Positions 27,672 to 36,523 of a DNA stretch of 64,000 bases are shown here, piece after piece. Each line of letters begins with the position of its first letter. Position 1 is the stretch's first letter. Both the position numbers and the translations under genes were made by a program. The notes beneath the pieces were generated by a model. That model was not told where the DNA came from. It saw nothing but the letters and a program-made list of their open reading frames with translations, and made no database searches. Source of the DNA: a virus; IMG/VR virus record IMGVR_UViG_3300023179_000013, positions 32,001-96,000 of that record. One strand, written 5' to 3'.

Positions 27672-28952
27672 ATGAGTAACAAAAACTTATTCAAAGAGGC
27701 TATCGCCGACGCCAAAGCCGTTCGCGAAGCTGCGTTAGCAAACGCAAAAGCCGCTCTTGAAGAAGCTTTAACTCCAAAACTTCAATCCATGTTAGCTGCA
27801 AAGTTACAAGAAATGGATGGTGAAGAAGAAGTTGAAGAAGCTAAAAAGAGCGAAAAAGAAATGGAAGAAGGATTCGACACTGAAACTTTTGGTTGGGACA
27901 AAGAAGACACTACTTCCCTCAACGAAGAAGATTTAGAAGAAGACTTCGATTTATCTGAAATTTTAGCTGAGTTAAACGAAGCTGAAAAAGAAGAAGCTGG
28001 TGAAGAAGCAGAAGGCGAATCTGAAGAAGAAGAAGCCACTGAAAAAGAACCAACTGGAGAAGAAGGTGAAGAAGAAGTAGAGGTAAAAGATATGACTATC
28101 GAAGACCTCAAAGATCTTATCAAAGACATCGTATCTCAAGAAATGGGTGGTGAAGCTCCTGAAATGGGTGCTGAAGAACCTACAGACATGGGTGGTGAAG
28201 AAACCGGCGGTGCTGAAGATGAGATTGATTTAGAAGAATTGTTAGCTGAATTGGATTCTTTAGATGAATCAGAAGAGCTTGAAGAAGCTAAAAAGAAAAA
28301 AGATAAAGAAAACAAAAAAGAAGACAAAAAAGACAAGAAAATGGTAAAAGAAAATTACGAAGAAGAAGAACTTGAAGAAGGTATCTTTGGTGACTTAGGT
28401 AACAAACTTTCCGCTTGGGCTTATGACACAGATCTTGATACTATCAAATCTTGTAAAGACCAAACTAAAGGAAAAGGAATTGCTGCCTTCCAAGATTGCT
28501 TGAAAAGCAAAGGTGTTAAAATGTCTACTATTGGTACTGAACCAGGCGCTAGCGCTATGGGCGGTAACTGGAAGCAATTCGGTAAAACTACAGGTGAATT
28601 CAAAGAAGAACTTGAAGAAGCTATCGAAACTATCAACACTCTTCGTAATGAGTTAAACGAAGTTAATTTGTTAAACGCTAAGTTACTTTATGTTAATAAA
28701 ATCTTCAAAGCTAAGAATTTGACTGAATCACAAAAAGTAAAAGTAATTGCTTCATTCGATAAAGCAACTAATGTTAAAGAAGCTAAAGTAGTATTTGAAT
28801 CTCTTCAAACTGCTTTAACTGCTGCCCCTAAAAATCAAATCAAAGAAAGTCTTGGATTTGCTTCTAAAGCAGCTGGTATAGCTCCTAACAAAACTATTGT
28901 TGAGTCTAATGATGTGATTGCACGTATGCAAAAACTTGCAAACATCAAATAA
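27672..28952 (+). CDS. Prohead core/scaffold protein (T4 gp22-like)
   Basis: Acidic coiled coil between protease and capsid genes; LNEVNLLNAKLLY; C-terminal RMQKLANIK. Confidence 0.85.
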   Translation: MSNKNLFKEAIADAKAVREAALANAKAALEEALTPKLQSMLAAKLQEMDGEEEVEEAKKSEKEMEEGFDTETFGWDKEDTTSLNEEDLEEDFDLSEILAELNEAEKEEAGEEAEGESEEEEATEKEPTGEEGEEEVEVKDMTIEDLKDLIKDIVSQEMGGEAPEMGAEEPTDMGGEETGGAEDEIDLEELLAELDSLDESEELEEAKKKKDKENKKEDKKDKKMVKENYEEEELEEGIFGDLGNKLSAWAYDTDLDTIKSCKDQTKGKGIAAFQDCLKSKGVKMSTIGTEPGASAMGGNWKQFGKTTGEFKEELEEAIETINTLRNELNEVNLLNAKLLYVNKIFKAKNLTESQKVKVIASFDKATNVKEAKVVFESLQTALTAAPKNQIKESLGFASKAAGIAPNKTIVESNDVIARMQKLANIK

Positions 28953-28984
28953 TTAAAAAAAAACAAAACAAAATTTTAAACAAA

Positions 28985-30652
28985 ATGAACATTCAATCAT
29001 TATTAGAGTCATCAAACCAATACAAGGTTATTGCTGATGACGCCAAAAAACTCTCCGCTAAGTGGACCAAATCTGGTCTCTTAGAAGGATTAAAAAGCGA
29101 GAACGATCGCAATACAATGGCGATGTTACTCGAAAACCAAGCTAAGCAGTTAGTAACTGAAGCTTCATCTACTGGTAACCAATCTGGTGGTGCTGGTGCT
29201 TACAACGGTGAAAGCTGGAACGGTGTTGCCCTTCCATTAGTACGCCGTGTATTCGGTGAAATCGCTGCTAAAGAATTCGTTTCTGTACAGCCGATGAACT
29301 TACCTTCTGGTCTCGTATTCTACTTGGACTTCAAGTATGGTACTGGTGTTAAACCATTTGCCTCTGGTGGTTCTTTATATGGAGCTAATGCTTCTACAAA
29401 CGTAACTGATATTGCTTCAGCTTCATTATATGGTGCTGGTAAATTCGGTTATTCTATCAACCAATTCTCATCTTCTATTGCTGCTATCACATCATCTGCT
29501 GGTGGTGCAACTGGTGCTGCTACTTGGTTAGATTTTAACTTAGACGCTGCTTACTCTTCTTCTTTTACTAGCTTTAAAAAGATCCTTGTTCCATTACCTG
29601 CTAACTTCGATGTTAACGGTGTTCGTGCTTTCCAAGTTCTTTCAGGTTCTACTAACATTGACTTACAAGTATTGTCTGCGTTTACAACTGTATCTAACAA
29701 TACTGGTTCCTTTATCGTTACTGGTTCCTTAATTCCAGTTGCTGCTATTGGTGCTGGTGGTACTTTAGGTAATGTAACTTTATTGTATAACGTAGCTCCT
29801 TTAGCAACATCTCGTGGTGACTTTGAAGATGCTAATAACCTTAACTCTCCAGGTACTAACCCAGGTGGTTATCCAAATAACCAATCACAAACTGCAATTG
29901 CTATTCCAGAAGTTAACGTTCAGTTAAAATCTGAAGCAATCGTTGCTAAAACTCGTAAGTTGAAAGCTCAGTGGACTCCAGAATTCGCTCAAGACTTAAA
30001 CGCTTACCATAGCGTAGATGCTGAAGCTGAATTAACTGGTATCTTATCTCAGTACATCTCTATGGAGATTGACCTCGAGTTGTTAGATATGTTAATCCAG
30101 AACGCTTTCACAGTTGATTACTGGTCTGCTACTAACAACACTGCTTACAGTGTTTCTGGTACTACTGTTACTACTTCTGCATTAGCTTTCTATAACACCC
30201 AAGGTGGTTGGTTCCAAACTTTAGGAACTAAACTCCAGAAAGTTTCTAACAAAATTCACCAGTTAACTTTACGTGGTGGTGCTAACTTCTTAGTTTGCTC
30301 TCCAACTGTAGCTACTATCATCGAATCAATCCCAGGATTTGCTTCTGATGGTGATGGTGATAAAATGGAATTCAACTTCGGTATCCAAAAGGTTGGTTCT
30401 CTTAACAGTCGTTACAAGGTTTACAAGAACCCATATATGACTGAGAACGTAATCTTAATGGGTTACAAAGGTGCTCAATTCCTTGAGTGTGGTGCTGTAT
30501 TTGCTCCATACGTTCCGTTAATCATGACTCCACTTCTTTACGATCCAACAACCTTCACTCCACGTAAAGGTTTGATGACTCGTTACGCTAAGAAGATGAT
30601 CCGTCCTGACTACTACGGTAAGATCTATGTTGCTGGTTTAGATACTATCTAA
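28985..30652 (+). CDS. Major capsid protein, copy 1 (T4 gp23-like)
   Basis: LPLVRR, VQPMNLPSGLVFYL, KTRKLKAQWTPEFAQDL, YVPL and GLMTRYA; C-ending codon bias. Confidence 0.95.
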   Translation: MNIQSLLESSNQYKVIADDAKKLSAKWTKSGLLEGLKSENDRNTMAMLLENQAKQLVTEASSTGNQSGGAGAYNGESWNGVALPLVRRVFGEIAAKEFVSVQPMNLPSGLVFYLDFKYGTGVKPFASGGSLYGANASTNVTDIASASLYGAGKFGYSINQFSSSIAAITSSAGGATGAATWLDFNLDAAYSSSFTSFKKILVPLPANFDVNGVRAFQVLSGSTNIDLQVLSAFTTVSNNTGSFIVTGSLIPVAAIGAGGTLGNVTLLYNVAPLATSRGDFEDANNLNSPGTNPGGYPNNQSQTAIAIPEVNVQLKSEAIVAKTRKLKAQWTPEFAQDLNAYHSVDAEAELTGILSQYISMEIDLELLDMLIQNAFTVDYWSATNNTAYSVSGTTVTTSALAFYNTQGGWFQTLGTKLQKVSNKIHQLTLRGGANFLVCSPTVATIIESIPGFASDGDGDKMEFNFGIQKVGSLNSRYKVYKNPYMTENVILMGYKGAQFLECGAVFAPYVPLIMTPLLYDPTTFTPRKGLMTRYAKKMIRPDYYGKIYVAGLDTI

Positions 30653-30668
30653 TCTGGCTTCTAAATAA

Positions 30669-30698
30669 AAACGACCAGGTGTAAAAGCCTGGTCGTTT
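30669..30698 (+). terminator. Stem-loop between the capsid paralogs (attenuator/terminator)
   Basis: AAACGACCAGG-tgtaaaag-CCTGGTCGTTT. Confidence 0.7.
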
Positions 30699-30726
30699 AT
30701 TAAAAAACAATTTAAAACATTCTTAA

Positions 30727-32433
30727 ATGAATATTCAATCTCTGTTAGAGTCATCTAATCAATACAAAGTTATTGCTGATGACGCAAAAAAGCTTACCCA
30801 AAAGTGGGTTAAGTCTGGCCTTTTAGAAGGCATTAAGAGTGAGAATGAGCGTAATACGTTATCCATATTATTGGAAAACCAAGCTAAACAATTAGTAACC
30901 GAAGCATCTTCCACAGGTAACCAAGCTGGTGGTGCAGGTGCTTACAATGGTGAAAGCTGGAACGGTGTAGCTTTACCATTAGTACGTAGAGTATTTGGTG
31001 AGATTGCTGCTAAAGAATTCGTTAGTGTTCAACCAATGAATTTACCTTCTGGTCTTGTGTTTTATTTGGATTTTAAGTACGGTACTAATGATGTGCATTT
31101 TACCCAAAATGCTTCATTATATGGTGCTAACGCTACCACAAACGTAACTGACATTACATCTGAATCTCTTTATGGTCCTGGACAATTTGGTTATTCTATC
31201 AATAACTTCTCAGCTTCTGTTTCAAATGCACTTACAGGTGCTCTTGCCACATGGGCTGACTTTAACTTAAATGCAGATTATTCTGCTTCTGCAGCAGCTA
31301 ATTTGTATAGAAAGTTATTAGTTCCATTACCAGCAAACTCTGACGTAAATGCAGTTCGTTCATTTTTTATTAGTGGTAGTACAATATCTGGTTCAGGAGC
31401 TAATGCTTGGGAAGCTATTGGAAGTTATACTATATCTAATATCTTACAAGAATTTACTACTGTAGCAAATAATACTGCTTCATTCTTATTACCTTCATCT
31501 TCATTTGTTAAGATTGTAGGAACAGCTCCAACCAGTTCTAATGGTGTTCAAACAGCAGTATTGTACTACACAGTACAACCTTTAGCAACATCACGTGGTG
31601 ATTTTGAAGACGCTAGCAACTCTAACTCCCCAGGTACTAATCCTGGTGGTTATCCTAGTAATTTAAGTCAAACCACAATTTCAATTCCTGAAGTTAATGT
31701 TCAGTTAAAATCTGAAGCTATTGTAGCTAAAACTCGTAAGTTGAAAGCACAATGGACACCTGAATTTGCCCAGGATTTGAATGCTTATCATTCAGTAGAC
31801 GCTGAATCTGAATTAACAGGAATTTTATCTCAATACATTTCTATGGAAATTGATCTTGAGTTATTAGACATGTTAATCCAAAACGCCTTTACTGTTGATT
31901 ATTGGTCTGCTACTAACAACACTGCTTATGGTGTTTCTGGTACTACTGTTACTACTACTAACTTAGCCTTTTACAATACTCAAGGTGGTTGGTTCCAAAC
32001 ACTTGGTACCAAATTACAAAAAGTATCAAATAAAATCCATCAGTTAACCTTACGTGGAGGTGCAAACTTCCTTGTATGTTCTCCAACTGTTGCTACAATC
32101 ATCGAATCCATTCCTGGATTTGCTAGTGATGGCACTGGAGAAAAGATGGAATTTAACTTTGGTATTCAAAAAGTAGGTAGCTTAAATAGCCGCTACAAAG
32201 TTTATAAGAACCCGTATATGACCGAAAACGTAATCCTCATGGGTTACAAAGGCAATCAGTTCTTAGAATGTGGTGCTGTGTTTGCTCCTTATGTACCTTT
32301 AATCATGACTCCATTGTTGTACGATCCAACTACCTTTACTCCACGTAAGGGCTTGATGACTCGCTACGCCAAGAAAATGATCCGTCCTGATTATTATGGT
32401 AAAATTTATGTAGCTGGTTTAGATACTATCTAA
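30727..32433 (+). CDS. Major capsid protein paralog, copy 2
   Basis: Near-identical N- and C-terminal regions to copy 1 with a divergent central domain. Confidence 0.93.
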   Translation: MNIQSLLESSNQYKVIADDAKKLTQKWVKSGLLEGIKSENERNTLSILLENQAKQLVTEASSTGNQAGGAGAYNGESWNGVALPLVRRVFGEIAAKEFVSVQPMNLPSGLVFYLDFKYGTNDVHFTQNASLYGANATTNVTDITSESLYGPGQFGYSINNFSASVSNALTGALATWADFNLNADYSASAAANLYRKLLVPLPANSDVNAVRSFFISGSTISGSGANAWEAIGSYTISNILQEFTTVANNTASFLLPSSSFVKIVGTAPTSSNGVQTAVLYYTVQPLATSRGDFEDASNSNSPGTNPGGYPSNLSQTTISIPEVNVQLKSEAIVAKTRKLKAQWTPEFAQDLNAYHSVDAESELTGILSQYISMEIDLELLDMLIQNAFTVDYWSATNNTAYGVSGTTVTTTNLAFYNTQGGWFQTLGTKLQKVSNKIHQLTLRGGANFLVCSPTVATIIESIPGFASDGTGEKMEFNFGIQKVGSLNSRYKVYKNPYMTENVILMGYKGNQFLECGAVFAPYVPLIMTPLLYDPTTFTPRKGLMTRYAKKMIRPDYYGKIYVAGLDTI

Positions 32434-32472
32434 TCTAGAACAACATAATTAACCCCGTAAGGTTAAACATTT

Positions 32473-32503
32473 AGAACCCGACCCCGTAAGGTCGGGTTCT
32501 TTT
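32473..32503 (+). terminator. Rho-independent terminator after the capsid genes
   Basis: AGAACCCGACC-ccgtaa-GGTCGGGTTCT followed by TTT. Confidence 0.85.
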
Positions 32504-32506
32504 GTT

Positions 32507-32514
32507 ATATTTAT
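32507..32514 (+). promoter_or_regulatory. ATATTTAT putative late promoter
   Basis: Upstream of phoH, right after a terminator. Confidence 0.65.
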
Positions 32515-32529
32515 ATCAAATATAGCTGC

Positions 32530-33198
32530 ATGAGGGAACCAAATCGTGAGCGTAAAACAGAAATTAAGTTAATTAATGCTGTCCAATTAAATGAAGAACA
32601 AAAAGAAGCAAAACGATTAATAATTGAAAACCAGGTAGTAATTATAACAGGTAGAGCAGGTTCAGGTAAATCATTAGTATGCGCACAAGCCGCATTAGAC
32701 TTCCTTAAGAAAAAACAAATTGAGTGTATTTACAATACACGCGCTGCTGTAGAAGTTGGTAAATCATTGGGATTTTTACCTGGTGATATCAATGGTAAAT
32801 TTGATCCATATATGGAGGCACTTATTGAAAACCTTAACAAATGCTGTTCAGATAAAAAAGAGGTAGCCAAACTAATTGAAGAAAATAAAGTCAAAGCACT
32901 ACCAGTTCAATTCATCAGGGGTAAAACTATCGACGATATATTAATAGTAGAAGAAGCACAAAACCTTACTAAAGGTGAAATGTTAGCCATATTGACTCGC
33001 CTCGGTAAAACTGGTAAGATCGTTATTAACGGTGACAATGAACAAACCGATATAAAATCAAATACAGGCGAAATAAACGGCTTAAGTTACGTAATCGAAT
33101 TATCCAAAAAAATAGAAGAAATCAAGTGGATTAAATTAAAAGAAAACCACCGTTCTGATCTAGTGGGTAAGATACTCGAATATGAATATGGAAAGTAA
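32530..33198 (+). CDS. phoH: PhoH-like ATPase
   Basis: GRAGSGKS, LGFLPG, FIRGKT, VEEAQN, LTRLG, GDNEQTD and NHRS. Confidence 0.92.
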   Translation: MREPNRERKTEIKLINAVQLNEEQKEAKRLIIENQVVIITGRAGSGKSLVCAQAALDFLKKKQIECIYNTRAAVEVGKSLGFLPGDINGKFDPYMEALIENLNKCCSDKKEVAKLIEENKVKALPVQFIRGKTIDDILIVEEAQNLTKGEMLAILTRLGKTGKIVINGDNEQTDIKSNTGEINGLSYVIELSKKIEEIKWIKLKENHRSDLVGKILEYEYGK

Positions 33199-33207
33199 TA
33201 GCCATTA

Positions 33208-33215
33208 ATATTTAT
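33208..33215 (+). promoter_or_regulatory. ATATTTAT putative late promoter
   Basis: Upstream of the neck gene. Confidence 0.65.
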
Positions 33216-33238
33216 ACGTGTTAAATACTAGTTAAATA

Positions 33239-35266
33239 ATGGCAATTAATCTAAGAGACCTATACGATCAGTATAATGGTAACCCAAATAAATTAACACC
33301 AGTAAAGGGTAATACACCATTTGAATATTACACAAATGACCCGGAATTTACCACGGATGCATTAGGTGTTGCTCGTTTCGTAGCACAACGTTTAGGTGTT
33401 ACTGGTCCTCAATATAATTTTGCAACTCAAAAATTTAACTCAAGCGCAGCTACATTAAATATTACTGATTTAACAGTATATGCAGCATTTGAAGAAGCCG
33501 TTACTACTTATGGTAATTTAGTTTACCAATACAAAATTAGAGACCAATATATTAATATGGAAGGATCGGATACATTGCCATTCTTTCATAATATTATTTC
33601 ATATGTTAACAGTAATGATGTACAATCTCCTGTAACTTGGTCTGCAGCTAGATTAGCAACATGGGCTGAAGTAGATTACGATCCTGCCTATTCACAATCA
33701 ATAGTAGATGGTGAAATTTGGGCTATATCTTCATCAATAAAAGATTACATTGCTCCTAACTTTGATTTAATTAAATCATTTAACTTAGCTGATAACTATA
33801 GAAGTTATAATGGTGGAACTACATATACAACATACAATTTAAGTTCATTTGTATATAATCAGTTTAATAATGTAGGTGGAGCTACTGTATTTACTCCTTA
33901 TTACAATCCAAACAGTGGATCATATTCATTTGGTACACAAACAGATGGTTATACTTATGGTGTAACAGGTAGTAATGGGGTACAAGTTCAACTTATTTTA
34001 ACTTCATCTACTACTCAAACAGACACAGCAACTAAACTTTATGTTGTAACAGGTAGTACAACAAGCATAACAGCTTATAATATTGGAAATAAAATAGCAG
34101 GAGCTTCTTTAGGTACATTTGGAACAGCTCTTACAGCTAATACAGGTTCAGGTGCTACAGTAGCTTTTACTTCTTCTATATCTAGCTATGATATTACTAA
34201 TTTTAAAATAAATAACTCATCTTTATTTTCTAATGTAACATCAGGTTCAACTGCTTCAAGACCAACAGGAAAATCTCACGTATATTTTTATACTACAACT
34301 AATACAATAGCAGGAGGATCTCAATTCTTTGTTTCTGCTTCTATAACACAACCTATACCAACAGTATACATTCAATCTAACATTAATCCATCATTAAATA
34401 ATAAACTATTAAGTAATAACTTAACAACTATTACTTCTCGTATTGCTGAAGATTATGCTGCTGAAGCTAATGTTGGTGGATATTATGATGTGAAAACAGG
34501 TTCTCTTGATATGGTGGCAGGTCAACAAAATTATAATTTAAATGAATGGGCTGCTGCTTCTGCTTCATTAAGTGAAGGTGATTCAATAGAAATTAGAAGA
34601 ATATTCTATCAGTCCCCACCAGCCATTGTTCGTTATTTTGACCCATATGCTGGTACAGGTACAGGTATCCAATCATTGCTTGAAACATTTGGATTTGGTC
34701 AGTTTTCTCCTGGTATTAATTTCTTATTAATGCCAATTTACTTTGACGTTCAAAAAGTACAAGCAATTGAATTAAACGACCAGATAAGAAAAGCGGATTA
34801 TTCATTTGATTTAAGAAATAATCAATTGAAAATATTCCCTATCCCTAATGAAGATAAAAAATTATATTTTGAGTACATTACTATGAGTGATAAAAACCAA
34901 CTAGTAAGAGATACTAGAAAAAATGTGGTTACTGATATAATGAACGTACCTTATAGAAACCCAATTTATTCTAATATTAATACAGTTGGTAGAACTTGGA
35001 TTTATAAATATACTTTAGCATTGTGCCGTGAAATTGAAGCTCACATTCGTATTCAATATGCAAACTTGAGTATTCAAGGTATTGGACCACTTCAAGGATC
35101 AGAATTAATTACAGATGCTAGAACTGAGAAAGAAAATTTATTAACCGAATTAAAGGAAATGTTAAATGAAGTATCACGTAAAGGTCAATTGGAACGTAAG
35201 CAACAAGAGGCTCAATTTACTCGCGATACATTATCGAATGTTCCTTTAAACATATATATAATGTAA
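33239..35266 (+). CDS. Neck/head-tail adaptor (gp13-like) with Ser/Thr-rich insertion
   Basis: Position after capsid genes; AFEEAVTTY, WIYKYTLAL and ELITDARTEKE. Confidence 0.7.
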   Translation: MAINLRDLYDQYNGNPNKLTPVKGNTPFEYYTNDPEFTTDALGVARFVAQRLGVTGPQYNFATQKFNSSAATLNITDLTVYAAFEEAVTTYGNLVYQYKIRDQYINMEGSDTLPFFHNIISYVNSNDVQSPVTWSAARLATWAEVDYDPAYSQSIVDGEIWAISSSIKDYIAPNFDLIKSFNLADNYRSYNGGTTYTTYNLSSFVYNQFNNVGGATVFTPYYNPNSGSYSFGTQTDGYTYGVTGSNGVQVQLILTSSTTQTDTATKLYVVTGSTTSITAYNIGNKIAGASLGTFGTALTANTGSGATVAFTSSISSYDITNFKINNSSLFSNVTSGSTASRPTGKSHVYFYTTTNTIAGGSQFFVSASITQPIPTVYIQSNINPSLNNKLLSNNLTTITSRIAEDYAAEANVGGYYDVKTGSLDMVAGQQNYNLNEWAAASASLSEGDSIEIRRIFYQSPPAIVRYFDPYAGTGTGIQSLLETFGFGQFSPGINFLLMPIYFDVQKVQAIELNDQIRKADYSFDLRNNQLKIFPIPNEDKKLYFEYITMSDKNQLVRDTRKNVVTDIMNVPYRNPIYSNINTVGRTWIYKYTLALCREIEAHIRIQYANLSIQGIGPLQGSELITDARTEKENLLTELKEMLNEVSRKGQLERKQQEAQFTRDTLSNVPLNIYIM

Positions 35267-35267
35267 T

Positions 35268-35849
35268 ATGCCTTGGCCAGCAACAGGAATAGGAGGAGGA
35301 CCAGGAGTTGATGATGGACCTCCAATATTTGACCCCCCAGTATTAATAGATCCTCCACCAGGTGGTGGTGGTGTTGGTGTAGGTGGTGGTGGTGGAGGTA
35401 TTGGAGATGTTATAGGAGGTATGATTAATTATTCCAACATGAGTGTTGGATATTTTAAGATTAATCTTGAAAGTACTGTAACAAACATGTATGGAGAATC
35501 ATTAGAAAAATGGTATTATCCTCCAATGGAACTAAAATGTTTACTTGAAAGAGGTGACTATACTAACCCTGATGATGAATTTGGAGTTGGAATATCTCAA
35601 ACATTAACAGTTAAGATAACAAGAGATAATTTTGAAGCTATTAATATATTACCTGAAGTTGGTGATATAGTAACAGACCAAGAAAGATATTACGAAGTGA
35701 AAGACTTAAATACAAGCATCATTACAATACCAGGAACAACAGCACAAAATGCTGGTTCTGGTGGAACAGCAGGTCAAATTTTATTATATGGCTTAACATG
35801 CTACTTAACAAGAATAACTAAACTTAATATAATACCTTATTATCAATAA
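35268..35849 (+). CDS. Head-closure/neck protein (gp14-like) with Gly/Pro N-terminus
   Basis: NMYGES.EKWY and PEVGDIV...YYEV; gene order. Confidence 0.65.
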   Translation: MPWPATGIGGGPGVDDGPPIFDPPVLIDPPPGGGGVGVGGGGGGIGDVIGGMINYSNMSVGYFKINLESTVTNMYGESLEKWYYPPMELKCLLERGDYTNPDDEFGVGISQTLTVKITRDNFEAINILPEVGDIVTDQERYYEVKDLNTSIITIPGTTAQNAGSGGTAGQILLYGLTCYLTRITKLNIIPYYQ

Positions 35850-36184
35850 TGAAATTGTCAAATTTAATACTAGAAGGAACTACTTTATTTTTAGTAGATA
35901 TCTTAATTAAAACTAAGAAAGATGCTAATAAAGTAGAAATTTATAATCAAATTAGAGCATTAACTAATGTTGTAGTTGTTACTGTTGAACAAAATGATTT
36001 TTTAGATAGTAAAGCAACAGATCAATTTGATTATGAAATGCTTCATTTAAAATTTCTAGCAACTGAGGAACCAAGAGTAGCTATTGATGCTATTAAAAAA
36101 GATGCAATGATAACAAGCCGTATTCCTGGTTTATTACAATTTATAGTAAGATATAAAACAATTCAATCAAAAGGTAAATATTAA
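35849..36184 (+). CDS. Hypothetical protein with MKLSNLILE leader
   Basis: 111-aa ORF; IRALTNVVVV. Confidence 0.7.
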   Translation: MKLSNLILEGTTLFLVDILIKTKKDANKVEIYNQIRALTNVVVVTVEQNDFLDSKATDQFDYEMLHLKFLATEEPRVAIDAIKKDAMITSRIPGLLQFIVRYKTIQSKGKY

Positions 36185-36188
36185 TACA

Positions 36189-36521
36189 ATGATTAAATTA
36201 TCTGATTTATTAAAAGAAGCTACTTATGTTCAATTACCTGGTGGGGAAAAGCCTGAAGAACTAATTTCTAAAGGATTTACCATGAGTAAACCAGAAGTAG
36301 ATCCTGAAACAGGTAAAATAACTACTTCTGTAAAATATTTACCTAAGTTTAAACAAATGCGCTTTGAACTTATGCAACAAAGAAAACAAATAAGCCCATT
36401 TAAACATTCATCCAACCCAGATATTGCTAAAATAGCAACAGAGGCTAATAAAATGATAGGTAAATTATCTCAATTAATTTTAGCTTTAGATGAAATGATT
36501 GAATTACAACAAAAAGGATAA
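36189..36521 (+). CDS. Hypothetical protein with MIKLSDLLKE leader
   Basis: 110-aa ORF; VDPETGKIT. Confidence 0.7.
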   Translation: MIKLSDLLKEATYVQLPGGEKPEELISKGFTMSKPEVDPETGKITTSVKYLPKFKQMRFELMQQRKQISPFKHSSNPDIAKIATEANKMIGKLSQLILALDEMIELQQKG

Positions 36522-36523
36522 TA

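Noticed and set aside
28985-32433. Capsid duplication as a pseudogene or exact assembly repeat
   Set aside because: Both frames are intact with mostly synonymous divergence and distinct flanks; only a strain chimera remains to be excluded by reads.
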